Source: a virus
Virus record (IMG/VR): IMGVR_UViG_3300045988_090832
Coordinates: 1 to 37,104 of that record
Length of the DNA stretch: 37,104 nt
Strand: one strand, 5' to 3'
The notes under the pieces are model-generated. The model did no database searches. It saw only the letters and a program-made list of their open reading frames with translations, and was not told the origin of the DNA. Positions 23,019-30,435 of this stretch are shown here, piece by piece; within the stretch, counting starts at the first letter, position 1; the number at the start of each line of letters is the position of its first letter. The position numbers were made by a program, and so were the translations under genes.

Positions 23019-23071
23019 TTCCCGATTATACTTAAATCCAGAAAAACAAGACACGCGTGGGAGGTGATTGG

Positions 23072-23614
23072 ATGCAGCAGCGCGGGAGTAAGTATGACCA
23101 GAAAATCAAAGACGAGGCGCTGGCACTGATTGCGTCCGGCGTGAAAATCTCCAATGCGTCGGTGCGGCTCGGAATCCCCAAGAGCACGTTATCGGATTGG
23201 GTACATACCCAGAACGAGAGCGACGAGGACGGTGTGGCTGCACGGCGGGAGATACGCCGCAAGCAGATTGCACGGTGCGAGAAGATCGGGGACAAGGTGC
23301 TCCGGGCGCTCGACCGCAAGGCTGAGGCCGCTGCGAAGGACACCCGGACCATCAATGACGGTCTGGCAGTGCTTGAAAAAGCGGCCAAGGACGGCGTGAT
23401 CGCGCTGAGTGAGGCCGAGGTGGCAAGTCTAAGAAACGTTGTAAGCGATTACACCGGCGTCGGCCTGCGCGAGCTGGCCGGAACCATGAAGGATGTTGCG
23501 GCAAGACAGGAAACGCTGGAGTCCCATCTGGCTGAGAAGGAAGAAGCGGCTCCGGAGATCAACCTGCAGCTGACGCTTGTTGATCCGACAAAGGCGGTTA
23601 GCGATGAATCTTGA
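23072..23614 (+). CDS. terS: Terminase small subunit (HTH N-terminus)
   Basis: Lies immediately upstream of TerL and overlaps it. N-terminal HTH-like segment (IKDEALALIASGVKISNASVRLGIPKSTLSDWV) followed by a helical oligomerisation-like region. GGAGG lies 7 nt before ATG 23072. Confidence 0.6.
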   Translation: MQQRGSKYDQKIKDEALALIASGVKISNASVRLGIPKSTLSDWVHTQNESDEDGVAARREIRRKQIARCEKIGDKVLRALDRKAEAAAKDTRTINDGLAVLEKAAKDGVIALSEAEVASLRNVVSDYTGVGLRELAGTMKDVAARQETLESHLAEKEEAAPEINLQLTLVDPTKAVSDES

Positions 23615-24929
23615 TTTTCAGATCACGCCGAAACAGCAGCTGTTTATGGACACGGATGCTTTCGAGGTTCTTTACGGCGGTGCAGCCGGCGGCGGCAAGA
23701 CGTTTATTCAGGCGCTGGACGCTCTTGTATACGCGCTGCGGTATCAGGGCAGTAGGCAACTAATCCTCAGACGCACGTTTAAGGAACTCGAACGCTCCAT
23801 GGTGCCGCAGACGATGGAGTTGTACCCCGCCAGTGTGGCAAGCTACAACACAAGTAAACACATTTGGAAGGTTGGCAAATCAACCATTGAGATGGGATAC
23901 ATTGCAACCGAGGGCGATGTGCAGCAGTACCAGTCCGCCGAGTATGACGTGATCCGGTTCGACGAGATGACGCATTTCACCGAGAGCATGTACACCTACA
24001 TGATCTCTCGTGTGCGTGGCACGCGGCCGTTTCCGAGACACGTCAAATCGACCGCTAACCCCGGCAGCGTGGGACATACCAACGCCAAGAGCCGGTTTAT
24101 CGACATTGGCGCTCCGATGGAGGTGCACCGCTGCGAGGGCGGCACGCGACTGTTTATTCCGGCAAAGCTGGAGGACAACCCGTTTCTGCTGACCAAAGAC
24201 CCGCAATACGAGGAACGTATGAAAAACCTGCCGCGCGAAATTTACATTGCGCTGCGTGAAGGCAACTGGGATTACTACGTTGGCCAGTATTTCACCGAGT
24301 TCAAGCGGGAGCTGCACGTTGTTCGTCCGTTTGAGATTCCGGCATGGTGGAGACGGTATGTTGCGATCGACTACGGCCTCGACATGCTGGCGGCGTACTG
24401 GATCGCGGTGGATGAGAACGATTATGCGGTGGTTTACCGTGAGGTTTACCAGCCTGACCTTATCATTCCGGAGGCGGCCAAGCGACTGCTGAACGCAAAC
24501 TGTAATGACGATATCACGGCATGGTTCGCGCCAAAAGACCTGTGGAACAGGCGGCAGGAGACCGGCAAGAGCGTATCCGACTTGTTTGCGGAGTACGGTC
24601 TGTATCTCTCCAAGGTGAGCAACGGCCGTGTGGCCGGATGGTACGAGCTCAAGCGCCGGCTGCAGCCTGTGCCCGATGTGGATGGTACACTCAGACCGAA
24701 ATTGCAGATTTTTGATACCTGCTTGAATCTCATTCGCACACTGCCGGGCTTGCAGCACGACGAGAAGAACCCTAACGATACGGCAACCGAGCCGCACGAG
24801 CTGACGCACGGACCGGACGCGATCCGGTATTTCTGCGATGGATGCCCGCTGCCTGCGGAACTGCCGAGAGTAAGAGACGAGGATTATCTATCAACTGAGG
24901 AGGAAATGGGAAATGTATTTAGCTATTAG
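23604..24929 (+). CDS. terL: Terminase large subunit
   Basis: Walker A LYGGAAGGGKTF. Walker B/coupling ...YDVIRFDEMTHF. C-terminal nuclease-like region (VAIDYGLDMLAAYW...HGPDAIRYF). Confidence 0.9.
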   Translation: MNLDFQITPKQQLFMDTDAFEVLYGGAAGGGKTFIQALDALVYALRYQGSRQLILRRTFKELERSMVPQTMELYPASVASYNTSKHIWKVGKSTIEMGYIATEGDVQQYQSAEYDVIRFDEMTHFTESMYTYMISRVRGTRPFPRHVKSTANPGSVGHTNAKSRFIDIGAPMEVHRCEGGTRLFIPAKLEDNPFLLTKDPQYEERMKNLPREIYIALREGNWDYYVGQYFTEFKRELHVVRPFEIPAWWRRYVAIDYGLDMLAAYWIAVDENDYAVVYREVYQPDLIIPEAAKRLLNANCNDDITAWFAPKDLWNRRQETGKSVSDLFAEYGLYLSKVSNGRVAGWYELKRRLQPVPDVDGTLRPKLQIFDTCLNLIRTLPGLQHDEKNPNDTATEPHELTHGPDAIRYFCDGCPLPAELPRVRDEDYLSTEEEMGNVFSY

Positions 24930-25473
24930 TGTCGTTGCGGTGATGTGTGCTTTTCTGGCTGCTGTGCAGACCCGAAACGCCAAGCGCTTGGGCGCGGATT
25001 TGCGGCAAAAAACCGTGGAAGCGGAATCCTTTCAGCTGACTGCGCGGACGATGGAGGAACGCCTGCACACTGAGGAGGCGGCGCGCATGCAGCTTGCGGA
25101 CCGCATTACCAAGGTGGAGACCGCCCTGCGAGAGAGTGAGGACACGGCCTGCCGTCTGCGGCAGGAGCTGCAGACCGAGCGCAGGAAGTACAAGGATCTG
25201 CAGGCAGAACTCGACTCCACCAAGGATGCACACGACGCGGCAATCAGCGCGATGTGGAGCGCCCGCAACGAGGTTGATAATCTGGGGCAGGAGAACGGTA
25301 AGCTGACCGAGGCGCTGAACACCGAGCGGGAGACCGCAAAGCACTGGAAAGAGGAATTCAACAAGGAACAGGCGTACCGCCTGAGCACCGAGGGCCGCAT
25401 TATGCGCGAAGTCAACAATCTACTCCGCTATGACGGCACCGCCCACGGGCAGGAGGATTTGAGCGATGAATGA
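24913..25473 (+). CDS. N-terminally anchored coiled-coil protein (186 aa)
   Basis: TM segment LAISVVAVMCAFLAAV, then about 150 aa of heptad-like E/R/K/L-rich sequence. Overlaps TerL by 17 nt and the portal gene by 8 nt. Confidence 0.6.
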   Translation: MYLAISVVAVMCAFLAAVQTRNAKRLGADLRQKTVEAESFQLTARTMEERLHTEEAARMQLADRITKVETALRESEDTACRLRQELQTERRKYKDLQAELDSTKDAHDAAISAMWSARNEVDNLGQENGKLTEALNTERETAKHWKEEFNKEQAYRLSTEGRIMREVNNLLRYDGTAHGQEDLSDE

Positions 25474-27064
25474 GCAAAAAATCACGCTCACGGCTGACAG
25501 GGTGCAAGCCGAGTACGAAAAAGGTGTGCAGTACAACACCGGTATCGGGCTGTACGAGAACGTAAAACAGTGCGAGAACTTTGTGGAAGGGAAGCAGTGG
25601 GAAGGACTCAAGAGTAAGAACCTGCGGCCGATCACGATGAACGTTCTCGACCCTATCGTACATTACAAGGTGGCACAGATCGTCTCGAACGATGTGGATC
25701 AGGAAGTTGAACCGTTTCTGCCTGATGAACAGGCAGAGTTTGCGGCGAAAATCCTTGAGCAGAGCATTGATCGCGTAGTCGAGAGGACGAAGATCAAGAG
25801 CATGCACCACATGGTCCTGCGCGACGCCTGCGTAGATGGTGACGCGGCGCTGTATTTTTACTTTGACGCAAGCAAGCAGTCCGGTTTGGGCGGTGTGCAG
25901 GGAGAAATCTCTGCCGAACAGGTCATGAACACGAACATTTTGTTCGGAAATCCGTCTAATGCGAACGTGCAGGAGCAGCCGTACCTTATCATTGTGCGGC
26001 GCAGACCGGTTTCTGAAATCCGCAAGGACGCGAAGCGGCTCGGCTGCAAGGAATGGGAGACCATTGAGGGCGAGTCGGATGGATTGTACAAAGGCGATGA
26101 CGAGCAGAATAACAGCGACAGTCTCGGCAACGAGCTTGTGCGGTTCTGGAAGTCCGAGGACGGCAGGGTACATTACTGCCGCTCCTGCGGGCGCGTGATG
26201 ATCGAGCAGGATGTTGCGACGGAAATGACACTCTATCCCGTCGCGTACATGAGCTGGAAGCCGAGAAAGAACTGCTATCACGGCGTGATGGAGATCAAAC
26301 CGCTCATCAACACGCAGATTGAGATCAACAAGCAGTGGACGGCGCTTGCGCTCATGCTGCGGAATAATGCGATGCCGAAATTGGTATACAACCGCAATAA
26401 GTTCCCCAAGGGCTGGGACCCGGATGCGACTTCTATCGGCGTGACCGGCGACGTGAAGGACGCGCTTACCGGCGTTGCAGGCTCGATGCCGATTCCGACC
26501 GAGGCCACAGGCATTACGTCCACCATGACGGACGCGCTCAAGAGTGTAGCCGGCGCGAACGATGCCGCACTCGGCAACGTGAAGAACCCGGAGAACAGCA
26601 GTGCGATCGTAGCGGTACAGACCGCGAACGCCGCGCCACTCGCGCTGACCAAGATCGCCTATTATCAATTTGTCGAGGACTACGAGCGGGTGTTGATCGA
26701 CATGATGCACGCCTATTACGGGATGCGGCAGGTCAAGATCACGGACGAGGCGACAGACCCGGAAACCGGTGACACGCAGGAGCAGACCCGCGTGGAGATG
26801 TTCGACTTCTCCACGCTGCCGGTCGAGGCCCTCGACCTAAACATCCATATCGGCGAGGCAAGCTACTGGTCGAGGATTCTGCAGGTATCCACGCTTAATA
26901 ATCTGCAGACGGCAGGCGTTATGCCCAATATGGTTGAGTTCCTTTCTCGTATGCCGGAAGGCTCGGTTAAGGATCAGGAGGGACTTGTGGAGGCTGCAAA
27001 GCGTGTGCAGCAGCAGGCCAGCATGCAGCAGGCATTACAGCAGGGAGGTTTAACGAATGGATAA
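25466..27064 (+). CDS. Portal protein
   Basis: 532-aa ORF directly after the terminase genes and before the scaffold and capsid genes. The call rests mainly on position and size, with no motif I can name. Confidence 0.7.
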   Translation: MNEQKITLTADRVQAEYEKGVQYNTGIGLYENVKQCENFVEGKQWEGLKSKNLRPITMNVLDPIVHYKVAQIVSNDVDQEVEPFLPDEQAEFAAKILEQSIDRVVERTKIKSMHHMVLRDACVDGDAALYFYFDASKQSGLGGVQGEISAEQVMNTNILFGNPSNANVQEQPYLIIVRRRPVSEIRKDAKRLGCKEWETIEGESDGLYKGDDEQNNSDSLGNELVRFWKSEDGRVHYCRSCGRVMIEQDVATEMTLYPVAYMSWKPRKNCYHGVMEIKPLINTQIEINKQWTALALMLRNNAMPKLVYNRNKFPKGWDPDATSIGVTGDVKDALTGVAGSMPIPTEATGITSTMTDALKSVAGANDAALGNVKNPENSSAIVAVQTANAAPLALTKIAYYQFVEDYERVLIDMMHAYYGMRQVKITDEATDPETGDTQEQTRVEMFDFSTLPVEALDLNIHIGEASYWSRILQVSTLNNLQTAGVMPNMVEFLSRMPEGSVKDQEGLVEAAKRVQQQASMQQALQQGGLTNG

Positions 27065-27281
27065 CACGAATGAGAGCAAGGCGGAGCGCTTTGTAAGGTT
27101 GGCAGAGCCGCGCGTTTCGCGTGCGTGCAAGGCGATCAGCCTGATCGGCCATCTGGCGGCAAGCTCGTATGAGTACACCGATAAGCAGGTTGAAAGCATG
27201 TTTGCGGCGCTTCAGGATGAGCTGAACACACAGAAGGCGAAGTTCACCAAGAAGGGAACGGACAGACCGTTCCGGTTTTGA
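27057..27281 (+). CDS. Hypothetical small protein (74 aa)
   Basis: ATG overlaps the portal stop by 8 nt. MDNTNESKAERFVRLAEPRVSRACKAISLIGHLAASSYEYTDKQVESMF... Confidence 0.5.
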   Translation: MDNTNESKAERFVRLAEPRVSRACKAISLIGHLAASSYEYTDKQVESMFAALQDELNTQKAKFTKKGTDRPFRF

Positions 27282-27293
27282 GGGAGGTACGGC

Positions 27294-27599
27294 ATGAAAA
27301 AGTTATTTATTTCTCAGCCGATGAAGGACAAGACCAACGATGAGATTGAACGCGCGCGTGAGCGTGCTATCCGCGAAGCGACTGAATATATCGGTGAGCC
27401 TGTCGAAATCATCGACTCCTTTTTTAAGGATGCACCGCACGACGCAAAGCCACTTTGGTTCCTGGCTGAGTCTATCCGGCTTATGGCAGATGCGGATCTC
27501 GTTTATTTCGCCAAGGGTTGGAAGGACGCACGCGGCTGCATGATCGAGCGCGAATGTGCTGTGCAGTACGGCGTTCCGATTCTCGAACCTGATTATTGA
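27294..27599 (+). CDS. Nucleoside 2-deoxyribosyltransferase-fold protein (DUF4406-like)
   Basis: MKKLFISQPMKDKTNDEI...ADLVYFAKGWKDARGCMIERECAVQYGVPIL follows the M.k.yIs.PM.g......aD.v....gW..s.Gc..E...A...G.pv pattern of this fold family. RBS GGAGG. Confidence 0.45.
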   Translation: MKKLFISQPMKDKTNDEIERARERAIREATEYIGEPVEIIDSFFKDAPHDAKPLWFLAESIRLMADADLVYFAKGWKDARGCMIERECAVQYGVPILEPDY

Positions 27600-27606
27600 T
27601 TTTTCT

Positions 27607-27860
27607 GTTCCGGCGTTCGGACGGGCGGGAGCTGACCTCACCCGCCCCATTGATTCCCCTTATTTCTTTCTGATGGCGGGCACCCTCGTTCGGGTCGAGG
27701 GCGTCCGTCCGAGCGCCGGAACACGATATTTTCCTGCACTGCGGCGGGCGTGGGATTCTCGCCATATTATCCCGCGTCCGGGTTACGCATTCCCCGTGCG
27801 TGCAAGGATACAAGCGGGTGCAGTACCAGCGGAACGGTGCTGCGTCCGCCGGAGTGCAGG
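27607..27860 (+). ncRNA. Candidate structured RNA, two domains and seven helices (family unassigned)
   Basis: A 322-nt gap without a credible ORF in a tightly packed operon. H1 is 27607-27624/27705-27722 (18 bp). H2 is 27624-27629/27641-27646. H3 is 27683-27688/27696-27701 with loop TTCGGGT. H4 is 27733-27747/27846-27860 (14 of 15). H5 is 27749-27755/27770-27776. H6 is 27785-27789/27797-27801. H7 is 27820-27827/27836-27843. The non-Watson-Crick pairs in H1, H5 and H7 are all T.G on the + strand, which would be A.C on the minus strand. Confidence 0.5.
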
Positions 27861-27921
27861 AACGCACGATAAACACACGGCAATGAGACGCAAGTCTTTT
27901 GCATATAGGAGGATTGTCTAA

Positions 27922-28914
27922 ATGGATTGGAAAACCAGCAATCATATGGACGGAAGTGAGATCCGTGACAGTATCGATTTACAGTATTTTGCCGAGGACG
28001 GCAATACATCCGACACCGGCGCGGACATGGACGGCTTTGACGAGAGCGAATTTCTCGCCGCCCTCGAAGGCAGTGACGCGGAAAACCAGCGCGGCACGAA
28101 CGAGGGAAACGAGGAAAACGTGCAGGACGGTGCGGAAGACCAGCGCGCCGAAGAGCAGCCCGAGGAGCCGGAGAATCAGCCGCCAGAGGGCGGCGAAGTA
28201 CCGCCTGAGACGGTGGAACAGCTGGTGCAGACCGTGCCGCTCGTCTACAACGGACAGCAGATTATGCTGCCTGCAGATGCAGTACAGGCGCTGACCGGTG
28301 CGCTCGGTGCGAACCCGGTCGAATTGCTCCAGAAGGGCATGAATTATGACCGCAAGGCCGAGCGGGAAATGCGCGTACTGGATCAGTACGCCGAGGCCGC
28401 TGGCATGAACCGGCAGCAGTATCTGGAACAGCTGGAGGGCGCACGCAATGAGCAGCTGCTTTCGGCAGAAATTGAGAAGTGTCGCGCAGAGTTTCCGGAA
28501 ACCCCGGATGCGGCGCTTAAAGCAATCGCCGAGGGCCGCATGGCTTCCCAGCGTGCAGCCGCGGCACAGGCCGCCGAACAGCAGCGCGCACAGCTTACCG
28601 CCATGCAGCAGAGAATTGATCAGACCGTTGCACAGGCACGGCAGGAGGCCAATGAAAAGGCTTGGGACGAATACGAGGTACTCGCAGGCGTTCACAAACC
28701 GGAGGACATTCCACCGAGAGTGATGGAGCTTGTGCAGACTGAGGGCATGACCCCGACGGCTGCGCACTGGCGTTACCAGTCTGAGCTTGCACAGCAGCAG
28801 GTCCAGATCGAGAAGAAGAACAACATGAACAAACAGATGAGCCCCGGCTCCATGGGTGGAGCGGGCGAAGAAGCCGGATTTGACGCGGATTTTAAGCGTG
28901 CATTCGGCTATTGA
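27922..28914 (+). CDS. Scaffolding protein
   Basis: Highly acidic N-terminus and a Q/A/E-rich helical body. Lies directly upstream of the major capsid gene. RBS TAGGAGGA. Confidence 0.65.
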   Translation: MDWKTSNHMDGSEIRDSIDLQYFAEDGNTSDTGADMDGFDESEFLAALEGSDAENQRGTNEGNEENVQDGAEDQRAEEQPEEPENQPPEGGEVPPETVEQLVQTVPLVYNGQQIMLPADAVQALTGALGANPVELLQKGMNYDRKAEREMRVLDQYAEAAGMNRQQYLEQLEGARNEQLLSAEIEKCRAEFPETPDAALKAIAEGRMASQRAAAAQAAEQQRAQLTAMQQRIDQTVAQARQEANEKAWDEYEVLAGVHKPEDIPPRVMELVQTEGMTPTAAHWRYQSELAQQQVQIEKKNNMNKQMSPGSMGGAGEEAGFDADFKRAFGY

Positions 28915-28931
28915 GAAAGGAGTTATAATTT

Positions 28932-30002
28932 ATGCCTACTGATTTCCATGATGGTCATAATCTTGCCAGCAAATTTGCGGGCAGCTTTGAAAAGCAGTGG
29001 AACGCGCAGTCTTACGTTAAGCCGCACACCAACGGCAACCTGAATTTTGACGGCGTGGACACCCTCGAAGTGTATGTACCGACCACTGTGCCGTACCATG
29101 AGTTTGACCGCGATGCGGCGGCAAACCGCTACGGTGACCCGAAGAACATCATCCCGAATTCCCACCGTTACCGTATGATGATGGACATGGCATATACCGG
29201 TGTCATCGAGCTTGGCTCCGCCAAGAGCCGCACGATCGGCACCGCAACCGGAGAGTGGATCAAGAATGAGAACGAGTCTGAAGTGATCCCGTATGAGGAC
29301 CGCTATGCGCTCAAGAAGTTTGCAAACCTCGGCACGATCAAGGAGGCAGGCTCGCTGACAGGCGACACCGCGCTTGCAGCGCTCGAAAATGCACGCCGCG
29401 AGTTTGTAAACAAGCGCGTACCTAACAGCAACCGTGTTGTCTGGGCATCTCCTGAGTTTGTCGGTCTGATCGCCGAGAGCAAGCAGTTCACGGAAATTGA
29501 GAAGCTGACCGTGGATGCTGTACGCATGGGTGAGCTCGGTCAGTGCAAGACCTTCCGTATTATTGAGGTTCCCGAGGATATCATGCCGACAGGCGTGCAT
29601 TTCCTCGCCGCACACCAGTCCGCGCTTGTACAGGCGGACAAGCTGAATGAACTCAAGATCCATAGCAATCCGCAGGGCTATTCTGGTCCGCTGATCGAGG
29701 CGCGCAACCTGTTTGACGCCTTTGTAATCGGCTCTCTGGCTAAGGGCGTATACTCCCTGGTCGAGACCGGTAAAAAGCAGGCGTGCTCTGTCAAGATCGC
29801 GTCGCACACTGCAACGATCACCGCAGCAGGCGCAAGCGAGATCAAGTATACGCTGGACGGCTCGGACCCGCGTTTCTCCGCAAAGGCGAAGTCCGTGGTA
29901 AACGGCTCGGTAACTACTACCGCAGGCCAGACCATCAAGGTTGTTGCTTTCGGTCCGGACGGCACCTTTACCTCGGATGTGGCTGAGGCTACCGACAACT
30001 AA
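28932..30002 (+). CDS. Major capsid protein with C-terminal Ig-like (chitobiase/Fn3-associated-type) domain
   Basis: Follows the scaffold gene and is followed by a strong terminator, a typical arrangement for a highly expressed gene. The C-terminal ...ITAAGASEIKYTLDGSDPRFSAKAKSVVNGSVTTTAGQTIKVVAFGPDGTFTSDV matches the I.YT.DGSDP...tikv.a.. motif of CHB_HEX_C/Fn3-associated domains. Confidence 0.75.
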   Translation: MPTDFHDGHNLASKFAGSFEKQWNAQSYVKPHTNGNLNFDGVDTLEVYVPTTVPYHEFDRDAAANRYGDPKNIIPNSHRYRMMMDMAYTGVIELGSAKSRTIGTATGEWIKNENESEVIPYEDRYALKKFANLGTIKEAGSLTGDTALAALENARREFVNKRVPNSNRVVWASPEFVGLIAESKQFTEIEKLTVDAVRMGELGQCKTFRIIEVPEDIMPTGVHFLAAHQSALVQADKLNELKIHSNPQGYSGPLIEARNLFDAFVIGSLAKGVYSLVETGKKQACSVKIASHTATITAAGASEIKYTLDGSDPRFSAKAKSVVNGSVTTTAGQTIKVVAFGPDGTFTSDVAEATDN

Positions 30003-30009
30003 AACCCAT

Positions 30010-30038
30010 GAGGGCGGGCGGCTGCCCGCCCTCTTTTT
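30010..30038 (+). terminator. Rho-independent terminator after the capsid gene
   Basis: GAGGGCGGGC-GGCT-GCCCGCCCTC (10-bp perfect stem) followed by TTTTT. Confidence 0.8.
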
Positions 30039-30054
30039 GTTAGGAGGTGAGAGC

Positions 30055-30432
30055 GTGGCGACGACTATTAAACGCATTTATACGCTGGCACTGTCGAAAA
30101 TTATTGAAGCACCCGGCACGGATGTCGATTACGACAGCTATTCGCCGCCGCTGCTGGACAGCCTGCTTGTGGAGGCGCTTCCGTATGAGAATGCCATCCG
30201 CGCACAGCGCGGTGACGAGGAGCTGACAAGCGCGCCGGAGATCACGACGATAGACAGCACGGCGCTCGACTGGGACGACCGGATCACGCGCGTTGCGCTG
30301 CCGTGGGGACTGGCTGCGGCACTGCTGTTCGACGATGAGAACCGTAAGGCGGAAAGCGTGATGTTCCGGAATGAGTTTGTTTCGGCGCTCGAGGACGCTG
30401 CGCCCGCTGTGCCGGATTACGGGGAGGAGTAA
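30055..30432 (+). CDS. Small virion protein (125 aa; head-tail adaptor candidate)
   Basis: GTG 30055 lies 7 nt after TAGGAGGTGA. Sits between the capsid and large tail genes. Function inferred from position only. Confidence 0.5.
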   Translation: MATTIKRIYTLALSKIIEAPGTDVDYDSYSPPLLDSLLVEALPYENAIRAQRGDEELTSAPEITTIDSTALDWDDRITRVALPWGLAAALLFDDENRKAESVMFRNEFVSALEDAAPAVPDYGEE

Positions 30433-30435
30433 GCT

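Noticed and set aside
27683-27701. A tRNA, suggested by the T-arm-like hairpin CCCTCG-TTCGGGT-CGAGGG.
   Set aside because: No cloverleaf can be built around it. The enclosing helix is 18 bp and the domain is 116 nt. The loop has G where the conserved A58 is expected. It is treated as part of the larger RNA candidate.
27481-27945. ORFs 27556..27921(+) and 27481..27945(-) as protein-coding fillers of the head-module gap.
   Set aside because: Both translate to Arg/Cys/Pro-rich sequences with no SD or sensible start context. The strand-specific wobble pattern supports an RNA structure instead.
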